From sequence record SRR31156797_2750: a stretch of 64,000 nucleotides of DNA; one strand, written 5' to 3'. The position numbers and the translations under genes were made by a program. The notes beneath the pieces are model-generated. The model was not told the DNA's origin. It saw nothing but the letters and a program-made list of their open reading frames with translations, and did no database searches. How positions within the stretch are numbered: the first letter of the stretch is position 1; the number at the start of each line of letters is the position of its first letter. Of this stretch, positions 19,350-29,581 are shown one piece after another.

Positions 19350-20569
19350 AGCTTGAAATAGAAGAAACACACCCTCTTGCCGATAGAATTCGTCCTGCTT
19401 CGTTGGAGGATTTTGTCGGACAGGGACATATTCGAAATCGGATTGAAGCTTTTTCCAAGTCCAAAAGGATGCCGAGTTTGTTACTGTTCGGACCTCCTGG
19501 ATGTGGAAAATCAACTTTGGCATTGTTACTTGCCAAGTTGACCGGCAAGAAATTTTTGCGGGTAAGCGCACCTGAAGCTGGTTTGACAGCTCTTCGTAAG
19601 AAGTTGCCGGGACAGGATATTCTCATTCTTGATGAGCTGCATCGTTTTTCCAAGGCCCAACAGGATTTTTTCCTTCCCATTTTGGAGACCGGTGAAATTA
19701 TTTTGCTGGCAACGACCACGGAAAATCCTTCTTTCAGCGTGACCCGTCAATTGTTGTCACGGCTTCATGTTCTGCGACTTCGTCAATTGAGTCGTGAGGA
19801 GTTGGTCAATGTAAGTACTCGAGGTGCAGAGGAACTTGGCGTTGATCTGGAAGAAGAAAGTCATAAAATGCTGGCAGCCATGGCTGGCGGAGATGCTCGT
19901 ACACTACTTAATTTACTTGAATATACTTCAGAACTCCCCAAAGAGAAACGGTGCCCGGAATGCCTGCGTGATTCATTGCCGGAAATTGTTGTCCGTGGAG
20001 ATCGAGATGGTGATTCGCACTATGAGTTGGTGTCTGCTCTTATCAAATCAATTCGTGGCAGTGACCCGGATGCGGCACTTTATTATTTGGCCTGTCTTAT
20101 CGAAAGTGGAGAAGACCCACGATTTATCACTCGTCGTCTGATTATTTCATCATCGGAAGATATTGGTCTTGGTGATCCACATGCTCTGAGTCATGCCATG
20201 GCCTGTCATCAGGCCGTTGAGACCATTGGTATGCCTGAAGGGTTCATTCCCATGTCTCAATTAACAGTTTACCTTGCACTGGCACCCAAGAGCAATTCGA
20301 CATACGCCGCTTATCATACTGCACAAAAAGAAGTGCGAGAGAACGGTCCAAAGCCTGTTCCCTTGCATTTACGGAATGCTACATCTTCCCTTCAACGAGA
20401 ATGGGGATATGGGCGCGGTTATCTTTATCCGCACAATTTCCCGAAATCATGGGCGGATCAGGACTATCTGCCCAGTGAACTCGCAGGCCGAAAATTCTAT
20501 CATCCCAAAGATCAAGGCGAGGAACCAAAACTTATGGCATGGTTGAAACAGTTTCGTCGAAGTCGTTGA
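19346..20569 (+). CDS. rarA: Replication-associated recombination protein A (MgsA/RarA)
   Basis: PLADRIRP, GPPGCGKS, DELHRFSKAQQD, ATTENPSF, KSIRGSDPDAALY, VPLHLRNA. Confidence 0.93.
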   Translation: MKLEIEETHPLADRIRPASLEDFVGQGHIRNRIEAFSKSKRMPSLLLFGPPGCGKSTLALLLAKLTGKKFLRVSAPEAGLTALRKKLPGQDILILDELHRFSKAQQDFFLPILETGEIILLATTTENPSFSVTRQLLSRLHVLRLRQLSREELVNVSTRGAEELGVDLEEESHKMLAAMAGGDARTLLNLLEYTSELPKEKRCPECLRDSLPEIVVRGDRDGDSHYELVSALIKSIRGSDPDAALYYLACLIESGEDPRFITRRLIISSSEDIGLGDPHALSHAMACHQAVETIGMPEGFIPMSQLTVYLALAPKSNSTYAAYHTAQKEVRENGPKPVPLHLRNATSSLQREWGYGRGYLYPHNFPKSWADQDYLPSELAGRKFYHPKDQGEEPKLMAWLKQFRRSR

Positions 20570-20580
20570 TTTATTAATGT

Positions 20581-20614
20581 AAAAGCGCTGATTAATATAT
20601 TGATCAGCGCTTTT
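20581..20614. terminator. Bidirectional terminator between convergent genes
   Basis: aaaagcgctgat...atcagcgctttt. Confidence 0.8.
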
Positions 20615-20637
20615 CTTCATTTGTTACTTTAAGAAAG

Positions 20638-21921
20638 TCATAGTCGGGATTTATACAATTTTTGCCACTCATCAAGAAAAAGAATTGCGGTATCGAGGTC
20701 GGAGAGCTTTCCTTGTTGCTGACGAACTGCCCAGACAAGATCTTCAAAAGATACATTTTCGGGAAGGCCTAGTTGTCCGAGCAATTTGCGAATATCCGTT
20801 TCCAGTTCCGGTGGATAATCTGCGGCGAATAAGGATGAGGCAGACTTGGGTTTTGGCCACCCAGGAATACAGTTTGCCGTGAATTCCATGAGCGTTTGCA
20901 TACGTTTGGCATAGGTATGCTCCCGAAGCACCCGTGTGCGACTTTTGGCTGCATATTCTTTGCGCTCATCGGGTTTTTTCAGGAAATACTCTATCTTTTC
21001 AGTGAATTCCGACATGCTTGTGAATGTTGCTAGTTCATCGTCGTTGAAAGCGTCATCCATGAGACTGCGTTTATCCACCAGTTGAAATGCGCCGCAGGCC
21101 GCTAATTCGAATGTCCGTGGATTGATGAAGTCTCCACCCGTGACCAATTCTTTCGTTTGGACGCTGGAATGCAGATTCAAATTGATGGCGGTCGCGTTGA
21201 ATATTTTAACGCAATCTTCCGATGAAATACGCGCTCCTTTGAGTTGTACCAACGGTTCCAGTACATGGTCTCCTTCCCATTCGGTTCCCCAGATTTTTAA
21301 GTCAAATTTGACTAATTCCCTGAAGGCTACCCTGCGATTAGGATAGCCTGCACCCATGAATGAGATGTCAGAACCGAATTTACGGTGTTCGACAGGTGAT
21401 AAGTCTGACGGTTTGTGAAAATCGGGTTGAGCGGCAAGTGGAAGATAAAGCACGTTGGACTGTCCTACTGATGCAAGATCCTCAAAGAATTTACCTTTTT
21501 GAATGACTGCGAAAATGTCATACAAAGGCGCAAACGCTTTCCAATAAGTGAAAAGTCGATAGTCTTCCACAAACCACATGGCCGTGACAACGCCATCTCG
21601 ACGGAGTCTTTTGAGTGCCTGTCGATTGAGTGGAGCCTGAGCCATGGATAAAACCATGTCGGGTTCAAAGGTTTCGACTTTGGCCAGTACGGATTGGCTG
21701 ACAACATTCAAGAAGGAATTCTGCAAATAATCCAATCTGTCAGAAGTCACCTTGAGGTTGTTCAAGGAGTCGTAAGCAGGATAAAAATCCGGTGCTTCAA
21801 AAACTTCAACCAGATGGCCTTCTTCCTTGAGCGCTGAGGCCACGTATCGGCCAATGGAAAGAGATCCGCCATATAAGGGCAGAATGACAAGTATGCGTAA
21901 ACTATCCATTGATTTTTCCAT
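20638..21921 (-). CDS. Glycosyltransferase, CgeB/DUF3880-like
   Basis: AMWFVED, SFMGAGYPNR, INLNLH, INPRTFELAACGAFQL, EHTYAKRM. Start 21921 or 21909. Confidence 0.8.
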   Translation of the reverse strand: MEKSMDSLRILVILPLYGGSLSIGRYVASALKEEGHLVEVFEAPDFYPAYDSLNNLKVTSDRLDYLQNSFLNVVSQSVLAKVETFEPDMVLSMAQAPLNRQALKRLRRDGVVTAMWFVEDYRLFTYWKAFAPLYDIFAVIQKGKFFEDLASVGQSNVLYLPLAAQPDFHKPSDLSPVEHRKFGSDISFMGAGYPNRRVAFRELVKFDLKIWGTEWEGDHVLEPLVQLKGARISSEDCVKIFNATAINLNLHSSVQTKELVTGGDFINPRTFELAACGAFQLVDKRSLMDDAFNDDELATFTSMSEFTEKIEYFLKKPDERKEYAAKSRTRVLREHTYAKRMQTLMEFTANCIPGWPKPKSASSLFAADYPPELETDIRKLLGQLGLPENVSFEDLVWAVRQQQGKLSDLDTAILFLDEWQKLYKSRL

Positions 21922-23164
21922 TGTTTTCAAAGTCTTGTGGTGTCGCCATCCAGTCTTTTTCCCGATAGAATTCTTGAGCAAATAAATGCTCTTTTTCGAA
22001 GCATTCAGATCCTTCCCCCGTAAGATACTGGTGAATGAAGTTTCTGAAAATCGTTCGTTGGCTATCGTCTTTGTCTACACCGGCAAACGGGATATAAATT
22101 TGTCCTAAAGCGTCGAAACCGGATTTAAATCCGATAAGTCCTTCAGGTGCATGTCCTTTTTTCTGTGTGACCAGAAAACGCTGGAATTCTGGTGAAGTAA
22201 AAGGAGAAATACATTTAACTCCATTATCACACGGTTTGGTTTCCAGGCATGGGAGGCAGTCTGTTATACCTTGATACACAGTGTGCCCCACACCATAAGG
22301 ACCGGTTTCAAAGCACCATGCCGAAGACAGGAAAAATGCCGTAACCGGCGTTCCTAGATGGGCGGCAAGATGCATGGTTCCTGTGTCGGGAGTCAGCAGC
22401 ATGTCGAGTGAGCCGACAATATCGACAAGGTCGTTCCAGTTTGTTTTGCCTGCCAGGTTTTGTGTTTTGGTTTGAAGTGAAGGTGGTAAGTTCTTGAGAA
22501 CCGCTTGCCCCGCTGCTTGCTCCGCTTTTCCGCCGAGCAGAATAATCGAGTCTGCTTTTTGGGAGGCTCCAAATGTTGCTGAAATGGTCGCAAGAAGTTG
22601 GGGTGGTAATGAGCGACGAGATTCGCGTCCTGCGAGCACAATACCAATTCCCCCGCCTTTGGGAGTGGCTGGTGGATTCACTTTGGTTGGTGCGATCATG
22701 TCCGGGCAATATCCCGCCCAGAAGTCTACGAGATTCATGCCCAAACGTCGCAGGTTGGACCAGCGCATGGCCATGGCGGGCCAAGTGCCAGTAATTTCTT
22801 GTCCATTGTGCCAAGAATACCCTTCCACTTTATCCGGGGGAAATAATGCGGCCAGTCGAAAGTTAAGTCCTGAAAAATTGAGGTTGTAGACGGTGTCGAA
22901 GTCAATTGCTTGCAATTCGGCAAAAGCCCGCCGGTTTTCAACGAGCATTTTCAGGAGTGCTGTTGAGGCGTCCAGACCGGTCCCATGCGCTGTAATCGAA
23001 TGTATGACAGCATCAGGATAAACCAATTGTGCCAACGGTTTTAGTGAGGTGTCAACACAGAGATGCACCACACCGTTATTTCGTGCGGAAAGAGTCGTAA
23101 CAAGCCGTTTTGTTTGGATAAGGTCTCCGAAACGGGCCAGCTGTATAACAAGATAGTTTTTCAT
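21902..23164 (-). CDS. Glycosyltransferase family 9 (heptosyltransferase-like)
   Basis: IQLARFGDLIQ, NLAGKT, TPDTGTMHLAAHLGTP. Confidence 0.85.
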   Translation of the reverse strand: MKNYLVIQLARFGDLIQTKRLVTTLSARNNGVVHLCVDTSLKPLAQLVYPDAVIHSITAHGTGLDASTALLKMLVENRRAFAELQAIDFDTVYNLNFSGLNFRLAALFPPDKVEGYSWHNGQEITGTWPAMAMRWSNLRRLGMNLVDFWAGYCPDMIAPTKVNPPATPKGGGIGIVLAGRESRRSLPPQLLATISATFGASQKADSIILLGGKAEQAAGQAVLKNLPPSLQTKTQNLAGKTNWNDLVDIVGSLDMLLTPDTGTMHLAAHLGTPVTAFFLSSAWCFETGPYGVGHTVYQGITDCLPCLETKPCDNGVKCISPFTSPEFQRFLVTQKKGHAPEGLIGFKSGFDALGQIYIPFAGVDKDDSQRTIFRNFIHQYLTGEGSECFEKEHLFAQEFYREKDWMATPQDFENNGKING

Positions 23165-23268
23165 TCGTATTTTCACGGCGTCAAAAATGTATCGTAACTT
23201 CAATGATTATTGCAAGAACCGGGCAATTTCTCATTTTACATGTCCTTGCGCATTGGTTATCAAGAGGC

Positions 23269-23946
23269 ATGCAATATTACCCGATCTTTTTGAATCTGGA
23301 AAACAAAGCGTGCCTTGTTGTCGGTGCAGGCGGGGTTGGCAAACGGAAAATTCAGTCCCTGCTTGATTCCGGAGCCGGTCATGTGACCATCGTCGATACC
23401 TGTGAAGTTGACGTTGAAATGGAATCGATTTTAGGGTCGCATACTGTGATTTTTCAGTGTCGTGAATTTGTTGAGAGTGATCTTGATGATAAATTTTTGG
23501 TGATTGCCTGTACTTCGTCTGAGGCGGTGAACCAGCGCATCAGTAAGCTTTGCGCGGATCGTAACATTTTGTGTAATGTTGCTGATCAACCTGAAAAATG
23601 CAGTTTTATTGTTCCGGCTACCATTAAGCGTGGCGACCTGACCATAGCAATCTCAACAGCAGGCCAAAGTCCTGCTATGGCAAAGTGTATTCGTAAAGAT
23701 TTACAGGAAAGTTTTGGTGATGAATATGCCGTTCTCCTGTCGCTTATGGGCCGTATTCGTCCGTTGATACTTGGCCTTGGACAAGAGACAAAACAGAATA
23801 CTGCGGTTTTTCGATCTTTGGTTAATTCGAATCTATTGGTAGCTATAAAGAACAAGAACCTTGACGCTGCCAGGGAAATACTTAAAGAATCTTTGCCCGA
23901 ACCGTTGTACGCCAACATCCCGGAGATACTTGATGGGCTTATTTGA
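23269..23946 (+). CDS. sirC: Precorrin-2 dehydrogenase (SirC / CysG N-terminal type)
   Basis: YYPIFLNL, VVGAGGVGKRK, CNVADQPEKCSF, IAISTAGQSP. Confidence 0.85.
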   Translation: MQYYPIFLNLENKACLVVGAGGVGKRKIQSLLDSGAGHVTIVDTCEVDVEMESILGSHTVIFQCREFVESDLDDKFLVIACTSSEAVNQRISKLCADRNILCNVADQPEKCSFIVPATIKRGDLTIAISTAGQSPAMAKCIRKDLQESFGDEYAVLLSLMGRIRPLILGLGQETKQNTAVFRSLVNSNLLVAIKNKNLDAAREILKESLPEPLYANIPEILDGLI

Positions 23947-24745
23947 TATGCTCCATATTTTTATTATCGCACTGTATGCGCTTGGCACCGTGCTTTTTTT
24001 GACCGGAATTACCGCCGGTAACGAAAAGCTTAAAAGGATTGCCATATGGCTTGCTGTTATTGGTTTTACTTTTAACACCATAGACTTAGGGGTAATCCTC
24101 ACAAGTGATCCCACCGCGCTCAGTGGGGGGACATTCTATTTTAATATTTTGGCTTGGAGCGTCTTGGCTATTTACTTTTTTCTTTGGTGGCGGTTGCGGC
24201 TTGAATTTTTGGCGATCACCGCTTTGCCGCTGGCTTTGCTTTTGTTTGTGTCATCCATGGCTTTGGGCGGTATTCGGGTAATCATGCCTCCTCAATTGAC
24301 CGCTCTCTTTTTTGGTTTGCACATAGGGTCCCTTGTGCTGACGCTTGGAGCGCTCATGATGGCTTTGGGAGCCGGTGTTGCCTTCATTTACTACAATCGA
24401 AAACTGAAGACCAAGGCGGGCCTTGCCAGCATGGGAAGCGCTGTTCCCTCTTTGGAGAAGTTTGATACTGTGAATCGATGGGCTGTGGCCATTGGATTTC
24501 CTTTGTATACGCTGGGGCTTTTTTCCACGTTCTTTTGGTACTGGATCGCACCCAACAAGGAATTTACTTGGGATATTATGAAAATCGGTTCCTTAGCCGT
24601 TTGGTTTCTCTATGCATTTCTTTTTCATCAACGAATTGTATTGGGGTGGCGTGGTCGTAAACCCGCCATTCTTGCCATTTGGGTTTTTGTCGGCATGTGC
24701 ATTTCCCTTATACATCACACCATCACTTTTCGAGTAATGCCATGA
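23933..24745 (+). CDS. CcsA/HemX-family integral membrane protein
   Basis: About 8 TM segments, LHI, PSLE, GFPLYTLG, WDIMKI, GWRGRK; located between sirC and hemA. Confidence 0.8.
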   Translation: MGLFDMLHIFIIALYALGTVLFLTGITAGNEKLKRIAIWLAVIGFTFNTIDLGVILTSDPTALSGGTFYFNILAWSVLAIYFFLWWRLRLEFLAITALPLALLLFVSSMALGGIRVIMPPQLTALFFGLHIGSLVLTLGALMMALGAGVAFIYYNRKLKTKAGLASMGSAVPSLEKFDTVNRWAVAIGFPLYTLGLFSTFFWYWIAPNKEFTWDIMKIGSLAVWFLYAFLFHQRIVLGWRGRKPAILAIWVFVGMCISLIHHTITFRVMP

Positions 24746-26115
24746 ATAGACAAATCATTCTTATAGGCCTCAACCACCGGACTGCCGGTGTTGATGTGCG
24801 TGAAAAATTCGCTCTGACTGATGTGGAGAATTTTGAGCAGGGACTGATGGCACATTGTCCTGTGCTTGAATGTATGGCCCTCTCCACTTGTAACAGGGTG
24901 GAGATTATTGCTGTTGCCAAAAAAATATCCAAACGAGAAGTTGTTGATTCGATAATTCAATATTGGGCTGCCATCTGTAAAGGCGACCCTGCTTTGCTTT
25001 TGGATAATACCTACAACTATTCTGGCCTTGAGGCTGTGAAGCACGTTTTTTCTGTCGCTAGTAGTCTGGATTCCATGGTTATGGGTGAGCCGCAGATCCT
25101 CGGTCAGCTTAAAGATGCATACCGGGCCGCTGTAGCTAAGGGGACAGCCAAAACCATTGTAAATCGCTTGCTTCATAAATCATTTTCCGTTGCCAAGCGT
25201 ATTCGTACCGAAACGGCCATTGCCTCCAGTGCGGTCTCCATCAGTTTTGCTGCAGTTGAGTTGGCGCGCAAGATTTTTGGTGATCTGGAAGGCACCAAGG
25301 CAATGCTTGTAGGTGCTGGTGAAATGGCAGAGCTGGCTGCAACGCATCTACTGCGTAATGGTGTTCAGGATGTTATTATTGCCAATCGGACACTTTCTCG
25401 CGCCAAAGAGTTGGCTGACAATCTTGGTGGCGAACCTATTCAAATCGAAAATATGCCGGATCGTTTGCATGAAGTTGATATTGTCATTAGTTCAACAGGC
25501 TCCCCGGTTGCTGTAATCAAGGCCAAGGACGTCAAATCCGTCCTCAAGCGGCGTAAAAACAAGCCCATGTTTTTCATCGACATTGCAGTGCCCCGTGATA
25601 TCGACCCTGACGTCAATATTTTGGACAACGTATATCTTTACGATATTGATGACCTCAAGGAAGTTGTTGAAGATAATATGGCGCAACGTCACGAAGAAGC
25701 CGCCAAGGCCAGAACTGTCGTTGACCTCGAAACAGATACTTTTGGTAATTGGCTGCATTCGTTGAATCTTCAGCCGACCATTGTCGACTTGGTGGAAAAG
25801 ACCGAAGACGTGGCACATCGGGAATTGAATAAGACGTTGAAAAGGATTGGTCAGGTGGATGAAAAGACGCGGAACGCGTTGGAAACACTTGTTCTTTCCG
25901 TGGCTCATAAATCCATGCATGAACCGATTTGTTTCCTGAAACGTCGGACTCAAGAAGAAGGTTCCGCCGAACGATTCATCGATTTGGCGCGGCGAATGTT
26001 CAATCTGGATGATGAATCTATCCCCGCAGAAGCCCATCTTGATCGAAAGAGTAGCACCTGTTCGGCAGAAGACATCAATGATCTTATTGAAGCATCAAAG
26101 AACAAGGAACAATAA
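24742..26115 (+). CDS. hemA: Glutamyl-tRNA reductase
   Basis: GLNHRTA, LSTCNRVE, SLDSMVMGEPQILGQ, VGAGEM, DIAVPRDI. Confidence 0.97.
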   Translation: MNRQIILIGLNHRTAGVDVREKFALTDVENFEQGLMAHCPVLECMALSTCNRVEIIAVAKKISKREVVDSIIQYWAAICKGDPALLLDNTYNYSGLEAVKHVFSVASSLDSMVMGEPQILGQLKDAYRAAVAKGTAKTIVNRLLHKSFSVAKRIRTETAIASSAVSISFAAVELARKIFGDLEGTKAMLVGAGEMAELAATHLLRNGVQDVIIANRTLSRAKELADNLGGEPIQIENMPDRLHEVDIVISSTGSPVAVIKAKDVKSVLKRRKNKPMFFIDIAVPRDIDPDVNILDNVYLYDIDDLKEVVEDNMAQRHEEAAKARTVVDLETDTFGNWLHSLNLQPTIVDLVEKTEDVAHRELNKTLKRIGQVDEKTRNALETLVLSVAHKSMHEPICFLKRRTQEEGSAERFIDLARRMFNLDDESIPAEAHLDRKSSTCSAEDINDLIEASKNKEQ

Positions 26116-26462
26116 TGCGTAGTTATCTGATAGAAGATTTGGTCGACAAGGATTATCAGGCTGTTGTTGCCGCTTTTGAGGAACTGGGATTCAAAGGACC
26201 TCTTGATGGCATCTATTATCTGCCTTTGCCTGTCGAATTGTTGCAGCGTGAACAACAAGATCACCAGAAAGAATGTGGTCCGTATTTTATGGCTCTCGAA
26301 TGTATTGAAAAAGAAGATGAAAACGTTTTGAAATTGGAATTGTTGGTTCGCGGAAGACAGAAGATGCGTTGCTCCTGTATTTCATACGCCACCCCGGACC
26401 AACGAGCTCATATGCTTGAGTATTTGGACCAATTTATCGATGAATTGGAAATTTCTATCTAG
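26115..26462 (+). CDS. Hypothetical protein
   Basis: Translationally coupled to hemA (TAATG overlap), SD AAGGA; LELLVR..MRCSC motif. Confidence 0.75.
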   Translation: MRSYLIEDLVDKDYQAVVAAFEELGFKGPLDGIYYLPLPVELLQREQQDHQKECGPYFMALECIEKEDENVLKLELLVRGRQKMRCSCISYATPDQRAHMLEYLDQFIDELEISI

Positions 26463-26464
26463 TT

Positions 26465-27475
26465 ATGTTCAGTGTGCCTGAAAATTTTCCTGCTACGCTT
26501 CAGGATCTTTTGCCAAAATGGGCACACTTTTGTTTGTATGTTGAAAAATTCATAATCCGTGAATTAAAACAGGAACTTTCTGGAAAACATCTTCTTATAG
26601 GTTTTTCTGGTGGTGTCGATTCTACCGCCCTGCTTCTTGTTCTTCACTACCTTTCTCAGAGAAATGATTTTCGGCTGACGGCAGTCCACTTGAATCATCA
26701 GTTACGCCCTGAGGCGGATGATGATGCTCAATGGTGTTCATCTTTTTGTGAATCTCTTGGTGTTGAGTGTGTGGTCGAATCCAGAGATATTGGGGCTTTT
26801 GCAGAAAAAAAAGGCGTTGGACTTGAAGAAGCTGGACGTAATGCCCGTTACGCATTGTTTCAGAATGTGAAAAATGACACAGGCGCAGATTACATCGTTT
26901 TGGGACATCAATTGGATGATCTCAGTGAAGATGTTGTAATGCGTCTTATTCGAGGGACAGGATGGCCCGGATTGTCAGGTATGGCTGGGTATGACCCTCA
27001 GCGCTCTCTTATACGTCCCCTACTTTTGATTCCAAAATCCACATTGATTGCTTTTGTCACCCAATTAGGTGTTGAATGGCGTGAAGATGCGTCGAATAAC
27101 GAATTAAACTGGACTCGCAATCGAGTTCGGAACGAAATTCTTCCACTTATTCAAAAAGAAAATCCTAATTTTTGGCAATCCGTGAGTCGTTTGTGGAAAA
27201 TCGGTCGTATTGAGCAGGATTATTGGCAATCTATGGCGTCTTTCTCTTCGGAAATCCTAGAAAATAATTTTCTAAAGACTGCTCATCAAGCACTCCGTCT
27301 TCGGTTATACAAGTCATGTCTTGATCAACTTGGTTCGGGTCAGGTTTTAGCTGATTCACTATTTAAACTTGATGAAGCATGGCAGGATAAAAAAGTTGGA
27401 TCTACTTTTCAGTTTCCCGGTGAAAAGACTGCGACAATTACTGCCGCAGGTGTGGTTTTCGCCTGCACCCATTGA
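26465..27475 (+). CDS. tilS: tRNA(Ile)-lysidine synthetase
   Basis: SGGVDS PP-loop, NHQLR, EEAGRNARY, GHQLDD, RPLL, RNRVR. Confidence 0.93.
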   Translation: MFSVPENFPATLQDLLPKWAHFCLYVEKFIIRELKQELSGKHLLIGFSGGVDSTALLLVLHYLSQRNDFRLTAVHLNHQLRPEADDDAQWCSSFCESLGVECVVESRDIGAFAEKKGVGLEEAGRNARYALFQNVKNDTGADYIVLGHQLDDLSEDVVMRLIRGTGWPGLSGMAGYDPQRSLIRPLLLIPKSTLIAFVTQLGVEWREDASNNELNWTRNRVRNEILPLIQKENPNFWQSVSRLWKIGRIEQDYWQSMASFSSEILENNFLKTAHQALRLRLYKSCLDQLGSGQVLADSLFKLDEAWQDKKVGSTFQFPGEKTATITAAGVVFACTH

Positions 27476-27500
27476 CTTCCGCAACTCCCCGGTATAAGAG
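27472..27500 (+). promoter_or_regulatory. Putative sigma70 promoter of adk
   Basis: TTGACT-17 nt-TAAGAG. Confidence 0.5.
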
Positions 27501-27573
27501 CATGTGATCTTTTGCACAATGTGCTGAAGCGTCATGCAGGCGCTTCGCTTTCTTATCATCAGGAGGAGTTATT

Positions 27574-28239
27574 ATGAATATTCTGATTTTCGGCCCCAAC
27601 GGCTCCGGTAAAGGCACCCAGGGTACCCTGGCCAAAGACAAGTACGGTCTGGATCACATTGAATCCGGTGCAATTTTCCGCAAGCATATCGGCGGCGGCA
27701 CCGAACTCGGCATGAAAGCCAAGGAATTCATCAACAAGGGCGAACTCGTTCCTGATGATATCACCATCCCCATGGTTTTGGATGTACTGTCCAGCTCCAA
27801 GGACGGCTGGCTGCTCGACGGTTTCCCCCGCTCTTTGGTTCAGGGCGAAAAGCTTTGGGAAGCTTTGCAGAAAGACGGAGAGAAGCTCGATTACGTTATC
27901 GAAATCAAGTTGCCTCGTGAAATTGCAAAGGGTCGTATCATGGGCCGTCGCCTGTGCGAAAACAACCCGAATCACCCCAACAATGTTGGTATCCCGGTTA
28001 TCGCTCCTGACGGTGACAAGTGCCGCGTCTGTGGTGGTGCTCTGTCAGCTCGCGACGACGACCAGGACGAAGCTGCAATCGACGTGCGTCATAATATCTA
28101 CTACGATGAAGAGACCGGCACCATGGCTGCTTGTAACTTCTACAAGAATATGAAAGACGGTGGGTTCAAGTTCATCGAATTGAACGGTGAAGATTCCATC
28201 GACGCTATCAAAGATTACCTGATGAGCCAGCTCGTCTAG
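27574..28239 (+). CDS. adk: Adenylate kinase (metal-binding LID type)
   Basis: GPNGSGKGTQ, GELVPD, LLDGFPR, LID motif C-x5-H-x15-C-x2-C; strong SD AGGAGG. Confidence 0.95.
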   Translation: MNILIFGPNGSGKGTQGTLAKDKYGLDHIESGAIFRKHIGGGTELGMKAKEFINKGELVPDDITIPMVLDVLSSSKDGWLLDGFPRSLVQGEKLWEALQKDGEKLDYVIEIKLPREIAKGRIMGRRLCENNPNHPNNVGIPVIAPDGDKCRVCGGALSARDDDQDEAAIDVRHNIYYDEETGTMAACNFYKNMKDGGFKFIELNGEDSIDAIKDYLMSQLV

Positions 28240-28260
28240 TTCTTCTTTTCAGTATGATTT

Positions 28261-28295
28261 AAGCCTCTTTCGCTTAAGCGGAAGAGGCTTTTTTT
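28261..28295 (+). terminator. Terminator after adk
   Basis: aagcctctttcgc ttaa gcggaagaggcttttttt. Confidence 0.85.
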
Positions 28296-28445
28296 ATGTT
28301 CTTTTAATTTGTTTATGACCATGCTTGAATATGAGTAGGGTCAGGCACAGTATGTTTTTGCCTGCCAATAAAAATGTGTGTTAGACTAATTGTTTCGTCG
28401 TCTGCGTTTATTTTTTTCATTGTAAAGAGGGATTGTCTATTGCGC

Positions 28446-28483
28446 AAAAAAAAAGGGAAGGACCATTTGCCCTTCCCTTTTTT
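28446..28483 (-). terminator. Terminator after secF
   Basis: a9-gggaagg ... ccttccc-t6. Confidence 0.8.
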
Positions 28484-28503
28484 ATTTATCGTGTGTCGAA
28501 GAA

Positions 28504-29571
28504 CTATGCTTCGGCTTCCTGCAAGTCTGCAGCTCCAGGGCCAAATCCAAGCAGGATCGGGCTGGCGACAAAGATGGAGGAATAGGTACCCACACCAACG
28601 CCGATGAGCAGAGCCAAGGCGAAGTCATGGATAACGCTGCCGCCCAGTACAAACAGGCAGAAGACAACCAACAAGGTCGTTACTGATGTCATGATTGTAC
28701 GCGACAGGGTTTGGTTTACTGCGGTGTTGATAACCGAGGCGAACGTGGTGTTGCCTTTGCGGGCATTGTTGTTTTCACGGATACGGTCAAAGACAATGAT
28801 GGTATCATTGAGTGAATATCCGATGATGGTCAACAGTGCTGCGATAATGGTCAGGTCGAATTCTTTGCCAAGTATGGAAAAGATGCCGACTGTAATCGCC
28901 ACGTCGTGTATAAGTGCTGCAACCGCCCCTAGCGCGTAGTTGAGTTTTAGGTACCAGCATAAACCGACGGTGATGACGAGTGCGGCAATGATCAGCCACC
29001 CCATTTCAACACCGAGCAGACCGATACCATATACGCCGAAGCCCAGAGCCGCAGCCATGACGCCTGCAACAGTCCATCTTTGTTCGAAGCGACCAGAGAT
29101 GTACACAGCAATGAGAAGAACTGCGTAGAACAGTGCTTCTAGAGCTTTTGTTCGCAAATCCGCGCCAACCTTGGGACCGACCATTTCGAGACGTTGTATC
29201 TCAAAATGTGCGCCATCAAGGTTGCTTGATAATGCGCTGGTTACCCTGCTCCGTACATCTTCTGAGGTGATGTTGGAGCTTGAGGTGCGAATCAGGTATT
29301 CATGATCGCCTTCCAGACCCAAGGTCTGAACGACAAGGCCGGGCAGTTCAACGCCACTTACGGCGCTTTTGACCATTTCTACATCTGTGGTTTTATCGAT
29401 CTTTACCTGGACGATCATGCCGCCAGCGAAATCGATGCCGTACTTGGGGCCACCCTTGATGAGAAGGGAGCCAAGACCGGCCAGGATGATAACCGCTGAA
29501 ATAGCAAAGGCGATCTTCCTGAGTCCGATGAAGTCTATTTTGGTATCAGGTTTGATTATTTGAAGTCCCAT
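28504..29571 (-). CDS. secF: Protein translocase subunit SecF
   Basis: GIDFAGG, VGPKVG, HDV, GYSLNDTIIVFDRIRE, GTYSSIF. Confidence 0.96.
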   Translation of the reverse strand: MGLQIIKPDTKIDFIGLRKIAFAISAVIILAGLGSLLIKGGPKYGIDFAGGMIVQVKIDKTTDVEMVKSAVSGVELPGLVVQTLGLEGDHEYLIRTSSSNITSEDVRSRVTSALSSNLDGAHFEIQRLEMVGPKVGADLRTKALEALFYAVLLIAVYISGRFEQRWTVAGVMAAALGFGVYGIGLLGVEMGWLIIAALVITVGLCWYLKLNYALGAVAALIHDVAITVGIFSILGKEFDLTIIAALLTIIGYSLNDTIIVFDRIRENNNARKGNTTFASVINTAVNQTLSRTIMTSVTTLLVVFCLFVLGGSVIHDFALALLIGVGVGTYSSIFVASPILLGFGPGAADLQEAEA

Positions 29572-29581
29572 TGTCTTCCCC

